Shown one piece after another: positions 29,164 through 36,872 of a stretch of 64,000 nt of DNA. Below the pieces are notes generated by a model that worked only from the letters and a program-made list of their open reading frames with translations, had not been told where the DNA came from and made no database searches. Source of the DNA: Candidatus Omnitrophota bacterium (GTDB lineage Bacteria; Omnitrophota; Gorgyraeia; Zapsychrales; JANLHA01); the NCBI GenBank assembly GCA_023143685.1, contig JAGLHE010000023.1:700-64699 (forward strand), written 5' to 3'. A program made the translations under genes and the position numbers. The stretch's first letter is position 1, and each line of letters starts with the position of its first letter.

Positions 29164-29976
29164 CTAAAGACACCCATGTTTCTTTCTTAAAACAAACGTC
29201 CTCCTGAGGCCGAAACATCTTTTAATGATAACCGGCAATGATTTTTCTAAAAATTTGTCTATTTTAATTGAGAACTTCTTGTTAAAAGGTAAAAAGATCG
29301 TAGTATTTTCTTCAAGGATTTCCAAATTATTAGCTTCGAAACATTTAACGAGCGCTTTTCGACGAAGGAAACGATGGGGTCCCTCACTATGATTAATATT
29401 AATAATCGCACAGAACCAATGCACCCATTCCCATACCACGTTCGGGCACGTTATCAACATAATTCCATCGTCAGTCATGACCCGGCTTAATTCCCTCACA
29501 AAATCATGATATTCGCAAACATGTTCGATGGTCTCATAAGAACAGACAAAATTAAATTCTTTATCGTCAAACGGCAACGGAAATTTCAAGACTTTAACGA
29601 GAGAATATTGGAGCCCTGAATTATTCAGCCGTTTCTCAGCAAGAGACATTAAGTAGTCAGAAAAATCAACACAAACGGAAGTTTTTATCTTTCTTTTTTT
29701 ATGCCAGAATAAACTGGCATGCCCTGATCTTGCCTGGATATCCAGCATACCATAATCATCTCTGGGTAAATATTTAATCGCCAACTCATAAGAATTTATA
29801 AATCTGCGATAATATGGATATATCGAATCATTGACTTCATCATAATCCGTAACCGTATCCCAAAACTCACCAACTTGATTAAGATCCCACGGACGTTTTG
29901 TATAATAATCATATTCCTGCCTGGCCCGCCGAAAAGCACCTTTTAAGTCAAAATAGTATTGTTTTGTCGCCATCAA
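29164..29976 (-). CDS. Class I SAM-dependent methyltransferase
   Basis: MLDIQARSGHASL (motif I region) and FNFVCSYETIEHVCEYHDFVRELSRVMTDDGIMLITCPN (methyltransferase type-11-like core). Confidence 0.7.
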   Translation of the reverse strand: MMATKQYYFDLKGAFRRARQEYDYYTKRPWDLNQVGEFWDTVTDYDEVNDSIYPYYRRFINSYELAIKYLPRDDYGMLDIQARSGHASLFWHKKRKIKTSVCVDFSDYLMSLAEKRLNNSGLQYSLVKVLKFPLPFDDKEFNFVCSYETIEHVCEYHDFVRELSRVMTDDGIMLITCPNVVWEWVHWFCAIININHSEGPHRFLRRKALVKCFEANNLEILEENTTIFLPFNKKFSIKIDKFLEKSLPVIIKRCFGLRRTFVLRKKHGCL

Positions 29977-30956
29977 TAATACACCTCTATTTTTTTCAAA
30001 TCTTTCTTTATTCCGATTTTAAAATGTCTCCGTATGCGGGATAAAAAACTGAAAAAATAAAACGGTGCTAACTTCCGGGCTGCTTTATTATTAAATATTT
30101 TTACAATAAATTTCATAAACGGCGAATGACCATAATTTTTATATTTTAAATTATGACTATGCATTTCCAACAATTCCTCTTCGTCAAGGCCATACAATGA
30201 AATCAACTTTTCATGATGCATGCTTCTAATAACATCGTCGCCATTTTGTGTGTTTATCAGAACAACTGTTTTATTCTTTACACCTTTTATCCAGGCATCC
30301 CCCAGGACAATATCCGCACTGTCAGAAATATAATATTTACATTTACTGCATTCTTTCCTTAAAAACAGTAAATCGATGAGCTCATAACACTCTTTTCCAA
30401 AACTCCGAACAGAGCCATCTTTTTTAAAAACAGTAAATCCTCCAGGATACTCTCCCCCGCGATATTCAATAGCACTAACATCGTCTTCTTTAATTCTTGC
30501 TTTATGCAACAAATAAGCAGTTGCCGCATATTCTATATTGTATCCACAAAAAAAACTGATAACACATATTACATTCTTGAATTTTCTTCTTATAAACTTA
30601 ACAAAACACGGTTGAACAACCACCGCAATCTTTTTATCTGAATGCGCCTCCAATAACCTTATCAGCGGAGGCAATTCCATAAACACATATTTTGATCCAC
30701 TTAACTTCTGAATTTCTGCAGCGTTATTGATGATTCTATAAACCGGCCGGACTTTGTCACAACCATCATAACCCACACCGACAACCATATCCACTTTCCT
30801 GCTATTCAAGAGGTACTCTAATATTTCAGTGCCAACCCCGCCGGATGCCCCGCTATTTCTATTAATTTTATTGTTACTTTCTCCAACAAAAAGGTTGATA
30901 TGTTTGGATATCATGCCCCCATCCCCATTTCTCATGCTCCCGCCTACCCCAATCAC
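29973..30956 (-). CDS. Coenzyme F420 hydrogenase/dehydrogenase beta-subunit-like (FrhB/FdhB C-terminal domain) protein
   Basis: GASGGVGTEILEYLL...VDMVVGVGYD...SGSKYV...VVVQPCFVKFIRR...ISFFCGYN...IEYRGGEYPGGF...SDSADIVLGDAW follows the FrhB_FdhB pattern seen in polysaccharide loci. Start uncertain; Met1, Met8 and Met15 are all possible. Confidence 0.65.
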   Translation of the reverse strand: MIGVGGSMRNGDGGMISKHINLFVGESNNKINRNSGASGGVGTEILEYLLNSRKVDMVVGVGYDGCDKVRPVYRIINNAAEIQKLSGSKYVFMELPPLIRLLEAHSDKKIAVVVQPCFVKFIRRKFKNVICVISFFCGYNIEYAATAYLLHKARIKEDDVSAIEYRGGEYPGGFTVFKKDGSVRSFGKECYELIDLLFLRKECSKCKYYISDSADIVLGDAWIKGVKNKTVVLINTQNGDDVIRSMHHEKLISLYGLDEEELLEMHSHNLKYKNYGHSPFMKFIVKIFNNKAARKLAPFYFFSFLSRIRRHFKIGIKKDLKKIEVYY

Positions 30957-30997
30957 ATCTCAATCAATTTACAATTTCTTTATTTATCATATCCGTA

Positions 30998-31025
30998 ATT
31001 ATACCCAAAACCGGAAAATACACAA
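30998..31025 (-). promoter_or_regulatory. Weak sigma-70-type promoter candidate downstream of the terminator
   Basis: The minus strand reads TTGTGT (31025-31020), a 16-nt spacer, then TATAAT (31003-30998), about 40 nt upstream of the first ATG of the FrhB-like gene. The -35 hexamer matches only 4 of 6 positions. Confidence 0.35.
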
Positions 31026-31065
31026 AAAGCCGATTGCGCCTTAACAGCATTTCTTGCGCAATCGG
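31024..31065 (-). terminator. Rho-independent terminator after the GtrB-like GT2 gene
   Basis: Perfect 10-bp GC-rich stem CCGATTGCGC / GCGCAATCGG (31030-31039 with 31056-31065) and a 16-nt loop. On the minus strand it is followed by CUUUUUGUGUAUUUU. Confidence 0.75.
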
Positions 31066-31095
31066 GACGGCAAGTTTAGATATTTTTTCATCATA

Positions 31096-31989
31096 CTACT
31101 GCATTCTTTTATCGATTAAATCAGCCAACAGCCCGATAGCCAAAATCACAAATGCGCCGACAAACACCGTTATCGTTGTTGAGATTAATATTTTTCCGAC
31201 TAAGAGCCGGACAAGAAGCAGAGAAAACCCTACAAGAAACAAACCCATACTCATCGGCAAAAAAACCTTCAGCGGATTAAAATACATGACCGTACGAAAA
31301 ACCAACATGATAAAATTCAAAGTATCATGGACCGGCCTTATCTTTGACTTGCCTTCCCTGACATTATAATTTATCGAGATATAATCCACCTTATAATCAT
31401 TTGTAAGCATCGCTAATGTAATCGTTGTTGTAAATGAAAAACCGCTTGGCAATATATTGAAAAATTTCTCAACTATATCCTTTCGCATAACACGAAGGCC
31501 GGAGTTAAGGTCGGGTATTCTAAAACCAGTAAGATAATTTGCCAACAGGCCTATCATCTTTTTGGCGGGTTTACGGATTGCCGGAATTTTCACATCCGCA
31601 CCTAACCTTGCCGCGACCACCATGTCAGATTTCTCAGCAATCAATTTCTTAATCATCCCGGGGATCTCGTCTTTGGGATATGTCCCGTCGGCATCAATAA
31701 TACCGACAAGGTCGTATTTTGCATTTCGAATACCGTATTTAAGAGACGCTCCATATCCCCTATTTTGCTGATGATTCAATACCCTAATATCCCTTATCCG
31801 ACGCAAAGCCTCGCCAGTCCCGTCTGTTGACCCGTCATCGACCACAATGACTTCCTGCGGCATGGCAACTTTCTTTAAGACATTAAGGACATTTCTTACC
31901 TCAACTTCAATGGATTGAATCTCATTGTATGCAGGGATAATAATACTAATGCCCTGAAAAGAAGATTTTGTATCAAGATTACTCATCAC
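31096..31989 (-). CDS. Glycosyltransferase family 2, GtrB/ArnC-like polyprenyl-phosphate glycosyltransferase
   Basis: ISIIIPAYNE, VIVVDDGSTDGT, IIDADGTYP and NSGLRVMRK motifs, plus two C-terminal TM helices (FNPLKVFLPMSMGLFLVGFSLLL, TITVFVGAFVILAIGLLADLI) typical of GtrB/ArnC. Confidence 0.82.
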   Translation of the reverse strand: MMSNLDTKSSFQGISIIIPAYNEIQSIEVEVRNVLNVLKKVAMPQEVIVVDDGSTDGTGEALRRIRDIRVLNHQQNRGYGASLKYGIRNAKYDLVGIIDADGTYPKDEIPGMIKKLIAEKSDMVVAARLGADVKIPAIRKPAKKMIGLLANYLTGFRIPDLNSGLRVMRKDIVEKFFNILPSGFSFTTTITLAMLTNDYKVDYISINYNVREGKSKIRPVHDTLNFIMLVFRTVMYFNPLKVFLPMSMGLFLVGFSLLLVRLLVGKILISTTITVFVGAFVILAIGLLADLIDKRMQ

Positions 31990-32034
31990 GACTCTCTTTT
32001 TGGTTGTTTAATAATTCACAAACTCATCCTTATA

Positions 32035-33255
32035 TCATATATATCTGCTAAACTTTTGTCTTTGAGAATCTTTACTTTCCTCGTTCTTCCCCTGCTTCAA
32101 AGCCTCTTGATAAATCTTTAATAAAAAATCGTAATTTTTTTCCGTCGTATACTTAGACTCAAACTCTTGTCGGGCCTTACGCCCCATCTCCTGACACAAT
32201 GCGTCATCTTCTAAAAGAGAATTAATCTTATGAGATAAATCTTTAGCATCACCTGGCCTAAAAACAAAACCTGTTTGGCCAACCGACACCAGTTCCGCCA
32301 ACGCGCCAATATCACTGACAACAACCGGCACTCCACAGGCAAAGGCTTCAACAATCACACGCCCAAAGGTTTCGTAACATTCCGACGGCAGAACAAGAAA
32401 ACGCGCACCCTGCAGGCACTCCAAGGTTTCTTTAAAGGATTTTGGACCTAAAATCTCAATATTCTGATTAGCAATATTTTCTTGAATCTCCTCTCGCAAC
32501 GGACCTCCACCAATCATTTTCAAAGGCACATCTGCGTTCACATTTTTCCACGCCTGCAACAATGTTCGAACGCCTTTATATTCCCTAAGAGACCCCACAT
32601 ACAACACATATTTTCCATCACCATAGGAGACGCAGGGATCAACATCCAGAAAATTAGGTTTAACAATAATCTTCTCATCCACAAACCCGTTTTCAATATA
32701 CTTCTGACGGCTAAACTGGCTAAGTGCGATAAACTTATTAACGTGTTTAAGAAGACTTTTTTTTCTTATCGAACGGACAACTTGCGCGATAAGAAAAGAT
32801 AACAGGCGTGAACCTCGCCAACACTTATGGACAACAGCAGCCTTCATCCCTTCCCTCAAGCAATCTTCACAAATATGTCCGTCCCGATAAAACACCCCAT
32901 TAGGACACAAAAAACGATAATTATGCAGGGTCTGAACAACCGCAAGATTCTCATCATAACACGCGTCATAAACAGAAGGGCTTATGCCCAAAAAAGTATT
33001 ATGAATATGTGCCAGATCGGGTTTCTCTTTTTGAATGAGGCTCCGAATTTCATGATACGTTTTTTTCGACCAGCGAATATCCTTAAAACTAAACTTTATT
33101 TTCCGATATAAGGATTTCTCCTTAATCTCAGTATTTGAACGTTCATAAAAAATAACGTCGTGCCCATATTTACGAAGCATTTGGACTTCGGCTTCAACTG
33201 CCTCGTCCTCGCCTCCGCGCTCAAGGTAATGGTTGTGGACAACAAGTATTTTCAT
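32035..33255 (-). CDS. Glycosyltransferase family 4 (GT-B, RfaB-like)
   Basis: Begins MKILVVHNHYLERGGEDE. The C-terminal domain reads YVGSLREYKGV...LVLPSECYETFGRVIVEAFACGVPVVVSDIGALAELV (E-x7-E region). Start at Met43 of the ORF (ATG 33255), forming a TAATG overlap with the upstream stop. Confidence 0.85.
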   Translation of the reverse strand: MKILVVHNHYLERGGEDEAVEAEVQMLRKYGHDVIFYERSNTEIKEKSLYRKIKFSFKDIRWSKKTYHEIRSLIQKEKPDLAHIHNTFLGISPSVYDACYDENLAVVQTLHNYRFLCPNGVFYRDGHICEDCLREGMKAAVVHKCWRGSRLLSFLIAQVVRSIRKKSLLKHVNKFIALSQFSRQKYIENGFVDEKIIVKPNFLDVDPCVSYGDGKYVLYVGSLREYKGVRTLLQAWKNVNADVPLKMIGGGPLREEIQENIANQNIEILGPKSFKETLECLQGARFLVLPSECYETFGRVIVEAFACGVPVVVSDIGALAELVSVGQTGFVFRPGDAKDLSHKINSLLEDDALCQEMGRKARQEFESKYTTEKNYDFLLKIYQEALKQGKNEESKDSQRQKFSRYI

Positions 33256-34856
33256 TAAACTCGCACGGGTTTTTTCTTTAACTTTCCACAGAAAGCAATC
33301 GTCATCCCCAGGAATGTCCAGAAAGGAATGGCATTGTGAGGAAATTCTAAAAACACTAAAAAGTTTGAAATCGTCATCCAATAAAAAAGAACACTGATCA
33401 GCAACGCTCCTTTAAACGATCTCGAACGATACGACTTTTTGATTAAATTAACAAGAAGAACAAAAACGCCAAGGACTAACCCTATCCCAACAATTCCTCC
33501 ACGATAAATCATATGAAGAAATGAATTATGCGGGGTAATCCATCCATCCCTCTCCCACTCTGTAAAACCCCAATTTAAAATTTCCAGAGACCGTGATCGT
33601 TGCGGTTTACCAAAATTAATCCCAAAGATAGTTTTGGCCTCAAGCAATTCAACAAGCATGTCCCGCCAGATAAAAAGACGAAAAATACTGTTGGAATAAG
33701 CCGTATCAATACTTCTTTCTGTTCGCTGCTTAGAGCGAGGGCTCAAATCAAAGAGAGGTGGAACAGCCGCAAGGGCCAAGACTTGCCCGGATTTCTTGTC
33801 AGGGCGCGGGACTACATCCACAAGAGCCAAGACTTGCCCGGATTTCTTGTCAGGGCGCGGGACTACATCCGCAAGAGCCAAGACTTGCCCGGATTTCTTG
33901 TTTTGATCAACAGATTTATGACTTTTCGATATCAGGGCCTTTTCCTCTGCTTTATTAACCGGGAAAAAACCAATCTTTCTCTTATTGCTATGATACAGAT
34001 TCGTAGATAATTGCCTGAACTCAAAATTCTTTCCTTTTTCCTGGACTTGAGCGTCATACTCCTTAAAAAGCTCGATTACTCTTCCCGGAGTTATTAATGT
34101 TTTCAGCCCTGCTTTGTCCGCGAACCCACAAATACTCATACTGATACCCAACACAGACAAAAACACAATGCCCCATTTATAATATGCTTTCAAATTCTTC
34201 AACAAAAACACGGAATAAAAAACAAGGAATAATAATGAAACAAACATCCCTACAAGGTGCGACCGGTTTCCGTCAAAAAGGTACCGGTAAACAAAAAAAA
34301 GAATGGCTATACCTGTGATAACTCCTATTTTCCTTAAACGCGGTTCCTTCACGCTTAAAAAAAGAATAATAAAAATCATACTATACGCAAACAGATAATA
34401 TATCTCAACCCATTGCATCAACAAAATCACTACAAAAATCAAGAAAAGAGAAATTTTATGCTTCTGAGGTAGGAATCCCTCTTCGTAAAAATAATACCCA
34501 ATAAGGGCAAACAAAGGATAATAAAAAAGCGCCGCATTGCGAAAAGCTAATGGCCCATAAGTCACAAATCCATGAAACGCCTTAATCAAAAGCCAACAAA
34601 AATACATCCCTAAAACACCATGCCACCGATTCCATTTTACAGGAACATACTTTATTTTTAATAAAAAAAAGATGAAGCATATAAATAGAAGAAATTCACC
34701 TACAAACACAGGGAAATTCAAGAAAGGCAAGCGGATATGGATCTCAGCAAAATTTGATGTAAAGGAAGAATAAAGAAAACAGAACGTGCCTAACAAGGCT
34801 AAAACAACGCCATTCAAGAAATGCACGACATAACTCTGTGGCCGGTCAGCAGACAT
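33255..34856 (-). CDS. O-antigen ligase/polymerase family (Wzy_C) membrane protein, paralogue 3, with an internal 17-aa tandem repeat
   Basis: Polytopic protein with WITPHNSFLHMIYRGGIVGIGL, a Wzy_C-type H-N motif. A long hydrophilic insert contains KKSGQVLAL(A/V)DVVPRPD repeated. Confidence 0.7.
   Translation of the reverse strand: MSADRPQSYVVHFLNGVVLALLGTFCFLYSSFTSNFAEIHIRLPFLNFPVFVGEFLLFICFIFFLLKIKYVPVKWNRWHGVLGMYFCWLLIKAFHGFVTYGPLAFRNAALFYYPLFALIGYYFYEEGFLPQKHKISLFLIFVVILLMQWVEIYYLFAYSMIFIILFLSVKEPRLRKIGVITGIAILFFVYRYLFDGNRSHLVGMFVSLLFLVFYSVFLLKNLKAYYKWGIVFLSVLGISMSICGFADKAGLKTLITPGRVIELFKEYDAQVQEKGKNFEFRQLSTNLYHSNKRKIGFFPVNKAEEKALISKSHKSVDQNKKSGQVLALADVVPRPDKKSGQVLALVDVVPRPDKKSGQVLALAAVPPLFDLSPRSKQRTERSIDTAYSNSIFRLFIWRDMLVELLEAKTIFGINFGKPQRSRSLEILNWGFTEWERDGWITPHNSFLHMIYRGGIVGIGLVLGVFVLLVNLIKKSYRSRSFKGALLISVLFYWMTISNFLVFLEFPHNAIPFWTFLGMTIAFCGKLKKKPVRV
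33764..33901. repeat. 51-bp in-frame tandem repeat, two full copies plus partial copies at each end (about 2.7 in total)
   Basis: GCCAAGACTTGCCCGGATTTCTTGTCAGGGCGCGGGACTACATCC(A/G)CAAGA at 33775-33825 and 33826-33876 differ at 1 nt. A partial third copy lies at 33877-33901 and a partial leading copy starts at about 33764. Confidence 0.95.
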
Positions 34857-34858
34857 AT

Positions 34859-35746
34859 TTATGATTTTATAAATAATCCAACAACATTCCCATAAGCACG
34901 GACTAAATACCCTTTATTCAACGTAAAAACTCCACGCACGATATTTTCAATCAATTGACCAATTCCTGCCCATAGACACAGGCCAACCGAAAGTTCCAAG
35001 TTTTTTTTCACAAAATATAACCGATTATGAATCTGTGTTACCCCAAAATCAAAATTATACCCTTTTCTCTCTTTGACAGGAATAGTCAAATGCAAAACCT
35101 TAGAATCAGCGACAACCGCTAACTGATACTTTTTGCTAACACGGTAACTAAAATCCAAATCTTCACACAGCCCTGTTTTCTCATACCATTCATCGAATAA
35201 AAATTCATCAAAGATCTTCCGCCGCCAAACTGTGGCACAACCAATCCATTGGACCATCCGCGTCTCTTGGGTCGGGTACCCAAGCGTGCAATAACCCGAA
35301 CGCAAAACAACCCCCCTTTTCGAAGTTCCAGTGTAGAACAAGAGCTTTAGAAAAACAAGGGGAGTCGGCCTCTTCTCATTGATAATATTAAAAGCCGTTG
35401 CTCCCATCTCTTGTGGGGCCTCTTTCCAAAAAGACAACATATTCTTGATGGCATCTTCACAAAAAACAATATCATCATCAAGAAAACCGACGAACTCAAT
35501 ACTTTCATCCAAAAGAGTTAAGCCCAGGTTGCGCTGTTTCGTTAACTGCGGATTTAAGATATGTTTATACTTTATCCGAACACCAGAAAATTCCTCAATG
35601 TTAAGCGCTGCATTCGGAGTCCCGCTCCCATCAACGATAATAATTTCATCGGGCTTGACGCTTTGCTCCTTAACACTCTCAAGCAAACGCATCACTTCTG
35701 CAGGTCGATCTTTAGTTGGGATAATCAGCGCAAGCTTATGTTTCAT
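34859..35746 (-). CDS. Glycosyltransferase family 2
   Basis: LALIIPTKDRPAEV, IIIVDGSG and FLDDDIVF (DxD) motifs. 295 aa, soluble. Confidence 0.82.
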   Translation of the reverse strand: MKHKLALIIPTKDRPAEVMRLLESVKEQSVKPDEIIIVDGSGTPNAALNIEEFSGVRIKYKHILNPQLTKQRNLGLTLLDESIEFVGFLDDDIVFCEDAIKNMLSFWKEAPQEMGATAFNIINEKRPTPLVFLKLLFYTGTSKRGVVLRSGYCTLGYPTQETRMVQWIGCATVWRRKIFDEFLFDEWYEKTGLCEDLDFSYRVSKKYQLAVVADSKVLHLTIPVKERKGYNFDFGVTQIHNRLYFVKKNLELSVGLCLWAGIGQLIENIVRGVFTLNKGYLVRAYGNVVGLFIKS

Positions 35747-36872
35747 CGTTAGAAGGTGTATATATACCTTTTCTTGTTTTAGGAGAAATTCTATACCGCA
35801 TTTCTGTACACAGGTGCCTGGCCGAATATCTCAAATTCATCGGATATCCGCACGCACAACCCGGACACTTTTTGAAAAACATATTCTTATGAACTTTGCG
35901 GTATTTCTCTGACTCGACAACTTCCCGGAGTCTCTGCTCTTTCAAATTCCCATACGTTCCCATTGCCCAGCATCCGCCGAAGACATTGCCTTGAGGGTCA
36001 ATGCAAATCCTCACTTGAGATGCCGTGCATGGGAGATTTTTTTGCAATGGATCCACAAAATAATCCGCGAAATAATTAATTTCTGAAAAGGAATGATAAG
36101 AAAATTGTTTTACTGTTTCTTTATTCTTAATCATGCATTCCTGAAACGTTTTCAAGGCCTTTTGGTCTTCTCTCTTGACCCAGAACTTATCCTTAATGTC
36201 TTCTTTCTTAAAAAAATACGGTGCGACATCAAACAAATTAACCGCAACAGGAAGATCAAAACCCTTAGCTACTTCCACCACACGTTGATAATATTCTAAT
36301 GTGTCTTTCATTAATAAAAAAGATAAAAACACAGAGAGTTGCCCTTTACGTTTATACTCTGATAAAATTTCACACGCCGCATATAACTTCTGATATGCGC
36401 CCGGCACCCCGCGAATACGATCATAATCGTCACCCACGGCATCCATAGACACAGAAATCGTTTTAACCCCAGCGCCCATAAGTTCCCTGACTTTTTCCTT
36501 GGTTAAAAGGTACCCATTCGTTGTAACCCCAACAGTTAAACCTAACGATGTGGCATGCTGGGCTAAAACCGCAAGGTCTTTGCGCATCAAAGGCTCCCCT
36601 CCGGTCAGATTTATATCTCTGACTCCGCAGACCCTAAGCTGAGATAAGATATCTTTCCATTGATCGGTGGAAAGTTCTCCAGGATGCGAATTCTCCCATT
36701 CATTGCACATGACACACTTCAAACAGCAATTATCAGTCACATTCAGCGATGCCAAATAAGGTCTTATCCGAAGCATCGGATACAAAAAAGAAAACATTTT
36801 AATCAACGTTGCCCTTAAAAAGACCGGGATATTCAGAGTAAAAATTCTTTTTAATTTTTTGATAATCCACAT
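35736..36872 (-). CDS. Radical SAM protein with C-terminal SPASM/twitch-like Cys cluster
   Basis: CX3CX2C motif in NVTDNCCLKCVMCNEW, GGEPL motif (NLTGGEPLMRKD), and C-terminal cysteines CIDPQGNVFGGC ... CPGCACGY. Start uncertain, since Met1 overlaps the upstream gene by 22 nt. Confidence 0.8.
   Translation of the reverse strand: MWIIKKLKRIFTLNIPVFLRATLIKMFSFLYPMLRIRPYLASLNVTDNCCLKCVMCNEWENSHPGELSTDQWKDILSQLRVCGVRDINLTGGEPLMRKDLAVLAQHATSLGLTVGVTTNGYLLTKEKVRELMGAGVKTISVSMDAVGDDYDRIRGVPGAYQKLYAACEILSEYKRKGQLSVFLSFLLMKDTLEYYQRVVEVAKGFDLPVAVNLFDVAPYFFKKEDIKDKFWVKREDQKALKTFQECMIKNKETVKQFSYHSFSEINYFADYFVDPLQKNLPCTASQVRICIDPQGNVFGGCWAMGTYGNLKEQRLREVVESEKYRKVHKNMFFKKCPGCACGYPMNLRYSARHLCTEMRYRISPKTRKGIYTPSNDET

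Noticed and set aside
33764-33901. 51-bp repeats considered as a possible CRISPR array.
   Set aside because: The units are contiguous with no spacers, are in frame inside a membrane-protein gene, and no cas genes are present.
35736-36872. Radical SAM/SPASM gene as the core of a RiPP (peptide natural product) cluster.
   Set aside because: The flanks contain no plausible short precursor ORF, no protease or transporter partners, and both neighbours are carbohydrate enzymes that overlap it. It is kept only as an alternative within the relevant finding.
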